DNA of 20,000 bases, taken from the IMG/VR virus record IMGVR_UViG_3300025413_000018. The stretch is one strand, 5' to 3'. This DNA is from an uncultured virus (IMG/VR IMGVR_UViG_3300025413_000018) (lineage: Duplodnaviria; Heunggongvirae; Uroviricota; Caudoviricetes). Position numbers and translations under genes: made by a program. The notes under the pieces were generated by a model that was not told where the DNA came from, made no database searches, and saw nothing but the letters and a program-made list of their open reading frames with translations. Positions 1 to 9,291 of this stretch are shown piece by piece. Position 1 is the stretch's first letter. Each line of letters opens with the position of its first letter.

Positions 1-2
1 GT

Positions 3-3000
3 ACCGCACGCAAGGTTTACGGAGCACTTACAGAGCTGGTCTCTGGGCGCAAAGCAGATCAAAACTCCCCTCTGGTTCGTGCTTTCAGTTCTGCATTTGA
101 CCTGACGCATAGCAATCCTAGGGAGAACAAAGCATCTCCGTTGCACGCAGAGATGAAGGGCTACGAGCGTCGTGAATCATGGATCAGGGATCAGATCGAA
201 CAACGCAACCTACGCGGAACGACCAATGATAGGACGGCTCTGATCAAGGAGTGGAACTCCAAGGAAGGAATTAAAGACGTAGAGCCGGCCAAGGAGAATT
301 CAAGTGGAGAAACATCTCCCAAGGAAACACCAACTCCGACGGACACAAAGAAGCCGGATGAGGAGGAGCCGCCTGCGCCACCAGCCGGATCAGATAAGGG
401 GCCTGAACCAGAGCCTCCTACTCCTGAACCCCCGAAGCCAAAACGAGGAAGGCCAAAGAAAGAAAGCACTCCGGTAGAGCGTAAGCAGGTGGCTGAAATA
501 GCACCGGCACCTGAACCCCCTAGGGTGGAGCAGAAAACCGAAAAGCCGGCTGTCCAGGCAAAGAATGAGGAGGAGCCTGGAGAAACTTACTCGCAAGCAG
601 ATCTCCAACGACTTGCCGCTACTGCATCTTATGAGGAGTGGAAGAAAGCCGCTCAATCGGACGCTTCGGAGTGGGGTGGGGCTCCTACAAAAGAAGCGTA
701 CAGTGCAATGAAAAAGGTGGGGGCTCGTATGCTTGCCGGCAAGGAAACTCCTTTGGAGTCACCAGCTCGCGAGTCCCTAGGGGAATCGATGTTGCGCCTA
801 GGGCGCGAGAAGGGTCAGGACATGTTCCGTCTCCCCCAAGAACTCTCAAAGAGTGATGACCTGACGGAGGTTCTGAATTCCACGGGTAGCAAATTCTCTT
901 CATTCGATGCCTATGGCATGAAGCTGATTTCTGAAACCCCGATCAAAGGAGATATGGTTCTTTTCCCTGCTACCGACGGAAAGAGAAACGATGGATACTC
1001 TGACGGAAAAGTAATCAAAGCCGAGAACGGCGTCCTTACGATTCGCCCAACAGACAAAAGCCCAGACTTTCAACTGCCAGAAACACAGGCGGTTGCCGCA
1101 AAGGGATCAGTTCGTCTGTACGATGATTCAGTACCTCACAGCGAAAAAGATAGCCTGACAATCGATTCTTCCGACGGAGCCAACGGAACAATCCGTAAGG
1201 CTTCCAGCATTTATCAAGCGATCTACCAATGGGCTCACAACACCGGACAGAAGGTAGTTCCTGACACGACGACCTCATGGGCGGGTCATTTCCGTAGGAA
1301 CGCACAACAGATCTCATCTGCAATACGAAACCAAGATGCAGAGCATTTCCGGCCTACCATCGATCAGCGTAGCCGGATGTTCCCAAACCTCGACAAGGAT
1401 GGATCCCTGCGTAAATGGGAGAGCCTAGATACCGCAGGAAAAGTCTCCGCTTTAATGCGTGCCGAGAAGAGTTATATTGAACAAGCCGCACCCGAACTTG
1501 TCTCACATAGCTATGACCCAGCCACAGGAAACTTTACCGACGAGAACGGAGCATCAGTATCCATTCACGACATCCGAAGCAGAATTACTGAGGGACTTGC
1601 AGAGACGAAAAATGACGGGACTCCTGACCCTTTCCGAGTCGGAGAGGCAAGTCTTAGGAGATATCTGGGTGCGACGAGACCCGCGCTTGAAAACGCTGAC
1701 GGACTCACAGCTTACAGCGCAGATAATAGCGGACATCTAGACAAAGCCCTTTATTCGGAGGAACGCCCTAGTGTCGTCAGGGACACATTAAGGAAGGTCG
1801 GTTCGATCATCCCAGAGGGGGCAAAGGAAACGCTATTTGGTAAAGACATCTCCTCCTACAACGGAGTGAAAACTAGGTTGGCCGGACTCTTTACCGGCCC
1901 AGACAAGGGCGTAAACAAAAACGTATCGTTCAGTCACCAAGTGGCTCAGGGCATCAAGCTGAAGGCCGAGAACCACATCAAGTACGCAAATAGGTTGTGG
2001 TCTGAAGCCCTGAAGAACGATTACGGCAATAAGATATCCGAAGCGCAGTTGCTTGAAGCACGAACCGCCCTAGGAAACTACGGGAATCCCCTGACCGACC
2101 TTGACGTAAAACGTGTCAACGAGGAGCAGGCAAAGAACGGGAGCGAGGCGGCAATCAAACTCGCCAGGGAACTTACGCAAAAGAATCGTGAAACTTACCG
2201 GGACGAACAACAAAAAGCTCTGGATTCGCTACCCCCTAGGGCACGGGCGGCTATCGTTTCTTTCCGTGATGGCATTGACTCGTTGCAACAGGAGTTAATC
2301 CGGCAGGGCGTGGTCAGTGGTGATCTCAAGGCTACCCTAGAGGAGAATCATGGAATCTATATTACCCGATCCTACGACCATCTGGATGCCGGTTTGACCC
2401 ATGACGACATGGTCAAGAAGAACCCAGAGCTGGCACGCCGTATGGAGACCAGCACCCGTAACTTTTTGGCAAAGGAAAGGGCGCCGGAGATTCTTAACGA
2501 GAACCGCAAGGCCGGCGGAACAATGACAAAAGAGGAGGCACTTCAAGTTGCCAAGGATCAGGTTACAGAGGAAGAGGTTCACGATTCGTTGAACAGGCTT
2601 CTAAACCCTAGGGAGAATTCTTTGGATCGCCGGTTCACGATTGGACAGTTCCCTGGTCAAAAAGACCTGAGCACTTTCCTGAAACGCGGAAACCTAGAGG
2701 ATGACCTCAAGCAGTACCTAGGGGAGCGAAAGGATCCTGCAACTATCGCCGCAGACACAATGGGCAGGCAGGCCGCAGTTCTGGCAAATCATAAGTTCCT
2801 TTCAGACCTTCGGGAGTCCGGCCTCAAGGATGGTTCGCTATATGATCCGGCAGATCCAAAGAACAAAGGTAGGTCAATCCCTCACAAGTACGTTCCTATC
2901 GCTTCGATCAATAACGAATCATTGGCTCCGCTCAACGGCCTCTTTATCCAAAAAGAAATCGGTGATGGACTGCTTCGGATGCTCCCTAGGATGGGCGCAA

Positions 3001-4748
3001 GCGACACGCCTTGGTTGCTCGATCTCTTCAAGAAAGTCACGGGTTACTCGATGGGCGCAAAGACCCAGTTCTCGCCGGCGGCGCAGGTTCGTCACAATGT
3101 ATCCAACCTCCTAGGGTTGGTGACCACCGCCAACTGGCATGGTGGCCTAGTTCCAAAAAACCTGAAGGAAGCGTATGGTAAGATCAATCCGTTCAGCTCC
3201 CTAGAGGACGCACGCAACAATCTTCCAGAGATCCAAAGGCTAACCGAGCTAGGTCTGCTCCACCAGTCAGAGGCAAACCGCCTGCTACATGAACTCATCG
3301 ATGGTAATGAGAACGGAAAACAGACTCCCCTAGGGGACTTCCTACGCAAGATTGCCTCCCCGCTGAACAAGATCGGGGATACCGATATCCGTGGCGTGAA
3401 GCTAAAGCATCTCCCTGAAACCCTGTACGGAGTTTCGGATGCGGCTTACAAGGTTGCCATCTTCTACGGCGAGCGTCAGAAATACGCAAACGCCCACCCA
3501 GAATGGACGCCGGAGCAGGTAGATCAGAAGGCGGCTCAGATCGCCCTAGATTGTCACTGGAGCTATGACCGATCGCCGGCGATCGTAAAGGAACTCTCCA
3601 AGGTTCCTATCGTTGCCCCGTTCGTTCGTTTCAGCTCCGAGGTTTATCGTACCAGCTACAACCTGCTGAAGTTGGCACATGACGAGATCAAGGAAGGCAA
3701 TGCCACCGGAAACGCGGAGCTTACCAAGATGGGCTGGGATCGTATGCGTGGTATCGCAACGGTCGCCCTAGGGCCGTCCGCCCTGATTGCCATGACTCAG
3801 GCCGCAAGTGGCATGACCGACGAGGATCAGGAGGCTCTCCGTAAATTCCTACCTGAATGGCAGAAGAATGCTCAGATCATTCCTTTCCAGAAGGCCGATG
3901 GAAAGGTCGGGTACTTCGATCTCTCATGGTGGGATCACTATAAGATTCTTCGCACCCCGATCAAGGCGGTGATCCGTGCGTTCTCCAACGATGAGGGCGA
4001 CTTTGGAAAAGGACTCCACGACGCAATGATCGACGGAATGGGAGAACTCTTTCAGCCCTTCGATAAGGAACAGCTTACGACCAGTGCGATCATGGACATT
4101 GCTCGTAACAAAAACTCAGCCAATGGAGCACCGCTTTACAACCCGCAGGACTCGGCGGCAAACATCGGTCTTGCAGTCACCAACCGCTTGTGGACTGCCC
4201 TAAGCCCAGGTGCTATCGACAGCATAAATCGTATTTACAAGGGTGCTACTGGCTATGTTTCAGACAGCGGACGCTCCTACGATGCCGGTCAGGAAATTGC
4301 CAACATGGTTGGATGGCGTGCGGCTGACATGAACCTTGCAAACTCGTTGCATTTCACGGGATCCCAGTTCATGCAACAGAGTGCAAACGCTTCACAGCTA
4401 TTGTCGCACGCCGCAACAAGCATCGGCTCTAGGACGGAACCGCAGGTTACCCAAGGGTACAAGCAAGCGAATGAGGCTCACCAAGCCCTAGTGCAGGATC
4501 TACGCACAAAGTACGAGGCGGCAATCCAGCTCGGCATGAGCCCAGAGCAGATACAGACCGCCCTCAAGGGAGCTAGAGTATCTCAGGATGTCATCGACCA
4601 AGTTACCAGTGCGACTTACAAGAGATTCCAACCTAGTGCGGCATCGATCAAGCTACTCCAGAGCAGGGGTCAAGACGACCGAGTGCAGTGGTTGCAGAAC
4701 GCAATCAACGCCACGCCGGAAACAGTAAACCTCAACCTAGGGCACTAG
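3..4748 (+). CDS. Giant phage protein, 5'-truncated; probable internal virion/ejection (large polyvalent-type) protein
   Basis: The frame of ORF 141..4748 is open back to position 3 (TARKVYGALTEL...), so the true start lies outside the window. It has a Pro/Glu-rich linker with an AT-hook-like KRGRPKK, a central globular region, and a long helical C-terminal half with PFVRFSSEVYRTSYN, reminiscent of phage large virion proteins. Function is inferred. Confidence 0.7.
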   Translation, partial: TARKVYGALTELVSGRKADQNSPLVRAFSSAFDLTHSNPRENKASPLHAEMKGYERRESWIRDQIEQRNLRGTTNDRTALIKEWNSKEGIKDVEPAKENSSGETSPKETPTPTDTKKPDEEEPPAPPAGSDKGPEPEPPTPEPPKPKRGRPKKESTPVERKQVAEIAPAPEPPRVEQKTEKPAVQAKNEEEPGETYSQADLQRLAATASYEEWKKAAQSDASEWGGAPTKEAYSAMKKVGARMLAGKETPLESPARESLGESMLRLGREKGQDMFRLPQELSKSDDLTEVLNSTGSKFSSFDAYGMKLISETPIKGDMVLFPATDGKRNDGYSDGKVIKAENGVLTIRPTDKSPDFQLPETQAVAAKGSVRLYDDSVPHSEKDSLTIDSSDGANGTIRKASSIYQAIYQWAHNTGQKVVPDTTTSWAGHFRRNAQQISSAIRNQDAEHFRPTIDQRSRMFPNLDKDGSLRKWESLDTAGKVSALMRAEKSYIEQAAPELVSHSYDPATGNFTDENGASVSIHDIRSRITEGLAETKNDGTPDPFRVGEASLRRYLGATRPALENADGLTAYSADNSGHLDKALYSEERPSVVRDTLRKVGSIIPEGAKETLFGKDISSYNGVKTRLAGLFTGPDKGVNKNVSFSHQVAQGIKLKAENHIKYANRLWSEALKNDYGNKISEAQLLEARTALGNYGNPLTDLDVKRVNEEQAKNGSEAAIKLARELTQKNRETYRDEQQKALDSLPPRARAAIVSFRDGIDSLQQELIRQGVVSGDLKATLEENHGIYITRSYDHLDAGLTHDDMVKKNPELARRMETSTRNFLAKERAPEILNENRKAGGTMTKEEALQVAKDQVTEEEVHDSLNRLLNPRENSLDRRFTIGQFPGQKDLSTFLKRGNLEDDLKQYLGERKDPATIAADTMGRQAAVLANHKFLSDLRESGLKDGSLYDPADPKNKGRSIPHKYVPIASINNESLAPLNGLFIQKEIGDGLLRMLPRMGASDTPWLLDLFKKVTGYSMGAKTQFSPAAQVRHNVSNLLGLVTTANWHGGLVPKNLKEAYGKINPFSSLEDARNNLPEIQRLTELGLLHQSEANRLLHELIDGNENGKQTPLGDFLRKIASPLNKIGDTDIRGVKLKHLPETLYGVSDAAYKVAIFYGERQKYANAHPEWTPEQVDQKAAQIALDCHWSYDRSPAIVKELSKVPIVAPFVRFSSEVYRTSYNLLKLAHDEIKEGNATGNAELTKMGWDRMRGIATVALGPSALIAMTQAASGMTDEDQEALRKFLPEWQKNAQIIPFQKADGKVGYFDLSWWDHYKILRTPIKAVIRAFSNDEGDFGKGLHDAMIDGMGELFQPFDKEQLTTSAIMDIARNKNSANGAPLYNPQDSAANIGLAVTNRLWTALSPGAIDSINRIYKGATGYVSDSGRSYDAGQEIANMVGWRAADMNLANSLHFTGSQFMQQSANASQLLSHAATSIGSRTEPQVTQGYKQANEAHQALVQDLRTKYEAAIQLGMSPEQIQTALKGARVSQDVIDQVTSATYKRFQPSAASIKLLQSRGQDDRVQWLQNAINATPETVNLNLGH

Positions 4749-4751
4749 GGC

Positions 4752-4967
4752 ATGAGTCTCTGGGGCGAGGATAGTTCCATCACTCCTCCCGGAGGGTGGT
4801 ACTACATTCAACCGGGAACCCGGTTCAGGTTCGAGGCTAATACCCTAGGGCAACTGGAGGATAAGGTTTCGGCCCACCGGCGGGGAAATAACATCACCCT
4901 AGGGCACCCTAGGGAGGATATCCTGGCGTGGACGCGTTCCCGCCTGGGTGGTGAAGAAGTGCTCTAG
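4752..4967 (+). CDS. Hypothetical phage protein (71 aa, PPGGWYYIQP motif)
   Basis: ATG lies 3 nt after the giant gene's stop, and the composition is protein-like. Confidence 0.7.
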   Translation: MSLWGEDSSITPPGGWYYIQPGTRFRFEANTLGQLEDKVSAHRRGNNITLGHPREDILAWTRSRLGGEEVL

Positions 4968-5185
4968 GACGCCCTAGAGAGAAAACGAAAGAGGCAAAGC
5001 CAAAGACCGGCGAGGTTCAGGCAAAGAAAGAACAGCCTGACCAAGAGGGAAAACCAAAGCTCCTGATCGACTCCGCCTCCCAGTCTTCGCTCATTATGGA
5101 TCTCCTCGGCGTACCCTAGTGCCCGTTCTAGGAGGTACAACGCATTGAGAAGCAAGATGCCAAAGACTGAGAGGGTGAAGTCCAT
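4964..5185 (-). CDS. Small membrane protein with two hydrophobic segments (73 aa)
   Basis: Hydrophobic stretches FTLSVFGILLLNALYLL and LWFSLLVRLFFLCLNLAGLWLCLF. The ATG is 2 nt after the upstream gene's stop. Confidence 0.6.
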   Translation of the reverse strand: MDFTLSVFGILLLNALYLLERALGYAEEIHNERRLGGGVDQELWFSLLVRLFFLCLNLAGLWLCLFRFLSRAS

Positions 5186-5187
5186 CC

Positions 5188-5709
5188 CTAGTGGATGTTG
5201 GGAACGACGATGTTGCTAGGGTCGGAAGCTACTGGGTCGGCCTTACGCTCGCCTCCAAACTCTTCGGTCACCTTTGCAATCTCTTTATCGACAGCTTCGA
5301 TAACCTTTTGAGCAAGTGCCTCGTCGGCATTGATCGAATTAACAAGCATCAGATGCTGGGAGAACAGAGCAAACAAGTGCTTCATCTCCTCGCTCATTTC
5401 GTGTGCTGGCTTGTCGACGTACTCCGAAAGGAACTGACCGATCACATGAATCAGTCGGCTCACTAGGAGAGGTCGGGGCTCTTCGCCCTGTTCGACAGCA
5501 GGGGTTGCTGATGCACCCGTAGAAACAGCCTGTGGGTTGGGCTCTGTAGCTAAAGATGCCTCGGGGGCGTTGGCTGTATGACTCGTCTCCGAGGCTTGAG
5601 GAAAAAGCACCACGTTCTCCGGCGAGGGGGAAGCAGGTGCAGTTGTTGATGTCTCCGTTGCCGGAGTGGGTTCGACCGCAGGGGTCTCTGGTGTTGTTGT
5701 GTCTGACAT
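5188..5709 (-). CDS. Hypothetical protein (173 aa; Thr/Pro/Ala/Glu-rich disordered N-terminus, helical C-terminus)
   Basis: ATG start, tightly packed between neighbouring minus-strand ORFs (2-3 nt gaps). Confidence 0.8.
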   Translation of the reverse strand: MSDTTTPETPAVEPTPATETSTTAPASPSPENVVLFPQASETSHTANAPEASLATEPNPQAVSTGASATPAVEQGEEPRPLLVSRLIHVIGQFLSEYVDKPAHEMSEEMKHLFALFSQHLMLVNSINADEALAQKVIEAVDKEIAKVTEEFGGERKADPVASDPSNIVVPNIH

Positions 5710-5712
5710 AAA

Positions 5713-5991
5713 TTATTCTTCGCCCTCGTATTCTGGATCCATCCGTTGAGCGATGGCGTAGGTCATCCCTGTACGCAGTGGCTCGGTTGCCCTAGTGCGG
5801 ACGACGTACCTAAGACGCCCTAGGAGGCCACGCACGATACGCTCCTGCCTAGGGTCAAGGTCACATCGTTCGTTGATGGCTCGTATGGTTTTTGCAAATT
5901 CCTCCTGTATCGCCGGACAAGTTTGGGGGACAGAGTCGAACGCCTCGTCAGAGGCTTTCAGCCAGATGTCGTTTGGGAAGCGTCGGGGCAT
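5713..5991 (-). CDS. Hypothetical protein (92 aa)
   Basis: ATG start with operon-like packing. Confidence 0.7.
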   Translation of the reverse strand: MPRRFPNDIWLKASDEAFDSVPQTCPAIQEEFAKTIRAINERCDLDPRQERIVRGLLGRLRYVVRTRATEPLRTGMTYAIAQRMDPEYEGEE

Positions 5992-6015
5992 AACAAAGGT
6001 TACGCGGTTATTACC

Positions 6016-6159
6016 CTAGGGCTGTGCTTTGTCAATGGGCTTTTTTAACTTCGAGTTCATCCTCCTGGCAATGGCCTCAAACTCCCTAGAGCAACTAGGG
6101 CAGGCGTGGGGTTTGCAGGGTGTCTGACACCTAGGGCATTTATGGATTTTAGGAGGCAC
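6016..6159 (-). CDS. Small Cys-rich putative zinc-ribbon protein (47 aa), absent from the ORF track
   Basis: Manual translation from GTG: MPPKIHKCPRCQTPCKPHACPSCSREFEAIARRMNSKLKKPIDKAQP*. It has two CxxC pairs, fills the gap between neighbours, and its start overlaps the upstream gene's end. Confidence 0.6.
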   Translation of the reverse strand: MPPKIHKCPRCQTPCKPHACPSCSREFEAIARRMNSKLKKPIDKAQP

Positions 6160-6382
6160 AGGCAGTCTGTTTTACTCTGTTAACTCGTGATTTAAGCCAG
6201 TCCCGAAGGGCATCGTTCTGCACCCATTGCTGGTTAACGTGGCGTTTATGTGCCTCGTATCGGTGTGCTGGTATCCATCGCTCGGTTCGTTTGCCCGTCT
6301 TTTTGGATACATATTTCTGGTAGTTCCAGAAGCGTAGCGTTCCGCAAGGGGAGTAGTCTCCGCGGCGATATTTACCTTCCAT
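6149..6382 (-). CDS. Hypothetical basic protein (77 aa; RRGD...FWNY...ERW)
   Basis: ATG overlaps the end of the upstream ORF. Basic/aromatic composition typical of small phage nucleic-acid-binding modules. Confidence 0.7.
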   Translation of the reverse strand: MEGKYRRGDYSPCGTLRFWNYQKYVSKKTGKRTERWIPAHRYEAHKRHVNQQWVQNDALRDWLKSRVNRVKQTACAS

Positions 6383-6560
6383 GATAGGACGTTCTTTTGG
6401 GGTAAACCGTCTTGTGGATCCTAGGGGATCCGGTGCAGAGCTTCCCTAGGAGATAGATATAGGCGTACTCAGGGAGGCAGGGCTTACGCATCGGATGGTG
6501 GAGCGATGGCCTAGTGCTACGGCGTAGCTGGGTTTCGGTGTCAGGTGTAGGTGATGTCAT
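6372..6560 (-). CDS. Hypothetical protein (62 aa)
   Basis: In-frame ATG at 6560 preferred over 6641 because it follows the CA-rich leader (CAAACACCACCACACC) seen before other genes of this operon. Confidence 0.5.
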   Translation of the reverse strand: MTSPTPDTETQLRRSTRPSLHHPMRKPCLPEYAYIYLLGKLCTGSPRIHKTVYPKRTSYHGR

Positions 6561-6716
6561 GGTGTGGTGGTGTTTGAAAGTGGATGCCGTTTCGTCGATT
6601 GACCGGAGGCTACGGCTTACCTCCCGAATGAGACTCCGCATCTCCGTCGGAAAAAAAAATGCGGTCGGTCAGGGCTCTGGACGACTTACCCGATTGTACA
6701 AAAGGTTGTGGGGTTA

Positions 6717-6923
6717 TTACCTGTTTAGCGAATCAACTTTATTGAACAGCTCCTGTGCGCTGGATGTGTCGAAATAAAAATTCTCGCCCTCGTACTTCCA
6801 GACAAAGTCATCCTTGCCAGATTTGATGGCTTGCTCCATCGAGAACCGGAGATCCTCAAAGGCGAATTTGTCTAGCTGTAATGCTCGGTCTGCTGGTGGT
6901 CTGAAGAGTGCGTCAAGGATCAT
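6717..6923 (-). CDS. Hypothetical protein (68 aa)
   Basis: ATG start; ends in TAATAACC like many operon genes. Confidence 0.7.
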   Translation of the reverse strand: MILDALFRPPADRALQLDKFAFEDLRFSMEQAIKSGKDDFVWKYEGENFYFDTSSAQELFNKVDSLNR

Positions 6924-7048
6924 GGCTCATTGTTTATGGTTAGTGGTTCAGAGAGCCGGCTCCATGAGCAGAGCCGACTCCCTGAGTTTCCACCTTTCAC
7001 CGTCAGGTGTATTAAGACACTATGCGGTTATTATTGTTCAATCTTTTT

Positions 7049-7243
7049 TTAGATAACCATGAGGTCATCATCTTTCCCGTCATTATACTTTTTAGGAATC
7101 TTCAAGCCTTTGAGCAGGTAGTTCATCCTATTGGGGGAGGGTATCGACTCATCGTTGTGCTTGGGAGTTGTGCCAAGGATCACGATGCACGCTCCGAACA
7201 GAAGGCCGGAGACAAAGGTAAAGACCGAACGTAGTTGTGCCAT
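7049..7243 (-). CDS. Small membrane-anchored hypothetical protein (64 aa)
   Basis: N-terminal hydrophobic helix VFTFVSGLLFGACIVILG; ATG 3 nt after the upstream stop. Confidence 0.55.
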   Translation of the reverse strand: MAQLRSVFTFVSGLLFGACIVILGTTPKHNDESIPSPNRMNYLLKGLKIPKKYNDGKDDDLMVI

Positions 7244-7246
7244 AGG

Positions 7247-7537
7247 TTATTGGATTGGTGGGGTTGGTGGTGGGGTTGTGATGAAGGGGTTGTTCACGCT
7301 ATCGGGGCTGTACGGACTTCCATACTGACCATAGGGATTGTTGATGCTGGTCGGGCTGTACGGACTTCCATACTGGCCGTATGGGTTGGCCGTGCTGTTC
7401 GGGTCGTAGGGGTTAGCACTGAGGTTTCCTAGGTAGGTTCCGTCAGGTGCGACGATCCTAGGGGCTCCGTATTCCTGGGCGAATGCCGAGAGCAGGCGAA
7501 TGATTACTGACGCTATGATCAGGTGTAATGTTTTCAT
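7247..7537 (-). CDS. Secreted protein with NPYGQYGSPYSP repeats (96 aa)
   Basis: Signal-peptide-like N-terminus ending AFA. A 16-aa repeat is encoded with a 48-bp period (identical 23-mers at 7305-7327 and 7353-7375). CA-rich leader. Confidence 0.85.
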   Translation of the reverse strand: MKTLHLIIASVIIRLLSAFAQEYGAPRIVAPDGTYLGNLSANPYDPNSTANPYGQYGSPYSPTSINNPYGQYGSPYSPDSVNNPFITTPPPTPPIQ

Positions 7538-7597
7538 GGTGTGTTGTGTTGTTGTTTGGGTTGTGCCCTAGGGATCGAACTCTAGGGCTGTGATTGT

Positions 7598-9274
7598 TTA
7601 CCGAGCCGGCATCGACTTGAGCTGGCGAACTAGGGCATCTGCCATGCCCCACAGGGACTCACGCCAGATAGCCGCATCGAAGTGACACTTTAGCTCTCTG
7701 GTTGTCTCGTTGTGGGAACAGCAGATACCTACGGTGTACAGGCCACGAGCACGCAACGGCTTGCGATCCAACGGCTCGTCGGTGATGCAACCATCGGTGT
7801 AGACAAGGCAGATCTTGCTCTTGCTTACGATCTCGTTGAAGGCACTCCTCTTGGAGGGTTTTTGCTCTAGGGCATTTGCGATACCCTCGCTGTCGCTCCA
7901 CGCATGGAACTTCTGGAAGATCCTAGGATCTTTGATCGGAAGCACCACACGCTCACGCACACCGCCCAGTGCAGTTGCATAGGCAACTCCGGTGATACGG
8001 CCACGCTTGGCGAGTAGGTTCAAGGCTCGCAGAAGCACACGGCCAGCCCCGTCGCAACGGATGTCGATTTTGCGTTCACGATCCACATACGCCTCATGTG
8101 CCATCGAGCCGGAGCAATCTACAAGCAACGAGACATGGGGCTTGCCACGCTCGCTCTGGGGCTTGCCGATGTACGGATGCAGGAAGTCACCACGCAGGAT
8201 GCCACGCACGTTGAGACGCTTGCTGGGGCTACTGGTGATCTCCTTGCCGTCACCCCTCACACGGAATGCGGTGTCGAGCATACCGGCAAGCCGATGGGAC
8301 AGCTTGAACTCCTTCAGCTCTTCGGGATCCTTGGGGGGCGTCTCACCGCTGAACGGATCAGAGTTGCACTCGCTTCCGTAACCATCGGTGGTGCCGTCGA
8401 TAGCCTTGCCAGCTTCCTCGCCTGCACCTCCAGGTGAAGACGAGTCGCCGTCACCCTTGCCGTCGGGGGAAGCACCCTCGCCCTTGGGATCCTTGGCCTT
8501 GACATCGCTGGGAGCTTTGCCAGTTCCTTCCTTGAGAGCACCTGCAAGGTCACCTGTGCCGAGACCGCCTTCGCTCTCGATGGTGTCATCGCCGGAGTGG
8601 GGGAATTCCCTGAGCCAATCTTTAAGGATCGGGATAAGCTCCTCGGTGGTACGAGCCCTGACGATCCTGCAATAGTACGCCCAGACCTTGCGGTAGAAAG
8701 GCAGGGGGCTCATCAGGATGCTGAAGTCACGGCTAGGACGCCCTAGGAGCGACTCGCACTTGATGCGGTAGAGGAGATGCTGTGCCGAGATCTTGTCTAC
8801 GTCCTTGGACTCTGGACGCTTATCCCAGTAGAGCCACTTCCACTTGCCGGCTCCGGCAACGCCACGGCGATACCCAAAGAACCATCGGCGTTCGATGCGG
8901 CAGTCCTCGAAGAGGTTCTGCAAACGCCAAGGGATCTTCTCGGCAGACAGCTTGTCGGAAAGACCCTTGAGATCTTTGGTAGTGAACTTGCTGTGAGCCG
9001 CTTCATGCTCATAGACATGGCGGAACAACTGGGGCACTTGGATGCGTTTGGTCTTGTCGGTTGACAACTCGTTGTATGCGAGAGGTGAGATGCGGATGGT
9101 GTGACGATCCGTGGTCGGGTCGTACTTCCAGTAGCCTGTCTTGCAAGGGTCGGACTTGAGACCCTTGAGCCAGTCTAGGTCGTACTTCTCGTCGAGCACT
9201 CCGCGGGTGCGGAAGTCAACGTGGTGGTCTAGCACTTCCTTACGGATGTGTGGGGTTGCTACGATTTTGCTCAT
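7598..9274 (-). CDS. VWA (MIDAS) domain protein with N-terminal HExxH metallopeptidase-like domain; CobT-like partner of a MoxR ATPase
   Basis: HEAAH followed by NLFEDCRIE, then a G/D/S/E-rich linker and C-terminal VWA motifs LLVDCSGSM and VYTDG. Directly downstream of the AAA+ gene. Confidence 0.85.
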   Translation of the reverse strand: MSKIVATPHIRKEVLDHHVDFRTRGVLDEKYDLDWLKGLKSDPCKTGYWKYDPTTDRHTIRISPLAYNELSTDKTKRIQVPQLFRHVYEHEAAHSKFTTKDLKGLSDKLSAEKIPWRLQNLFEDCRIERRWFFGYRRGVAGAGKWKWLYWDKRPESKDVDKISAQHLLYRIKCESLLGRPSRDFSILMSPLPFYRKVWAYYCRIVRARTTEELIPILKDWLREFPHSGDDTIESEGGLGTGDLAGALKEGTGKAPSDVKAKDPKGEGASPDGKGDGDSSSPGGAGEEAGKAIDGTTDGYGSECNSDPFSGETPPKDPEELKEFKLSHRLAGMLDTAFRVRGDGKEITSSPSKRLNVRGILRGDFLHPYIGKPQSERGKPHVSLLVDCSGSMAHEAYVDRERKIDIRCDGAGRVLLRALNLLAKRGRITGVAYATALGGVRERVVLPIKDPRIFQKFHAWSDSEGIANALEQKPSKRSAFNEIVSKSKICLVYTDGCITDEPLDRKPLRARGLYTVGICCSHNETTRELKCHFDAAIWRESLWGMADALVRQLKSMPAR

Positions 9275-9291
9275 GGTGTGTTGTTGGTTGT

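Noticed and set aside
4964..5185. Holin call
   Set aside because: Two hydrophobic segments only; no endolysin nearby.
6171..6182. TTTACTCTGTTA as a third copy of the 34-bp repeat
   Set aside because: Only 12 bp match, it lies inside a CDS, and it lacks the ACCC/GGGT part.
6585..6690. CUGACCGA...GAAAC as a type III hammerhead
   Set aside because: The core has an extra base and there is no stem I or stem II closing pair; kept only as an unclassified structure.
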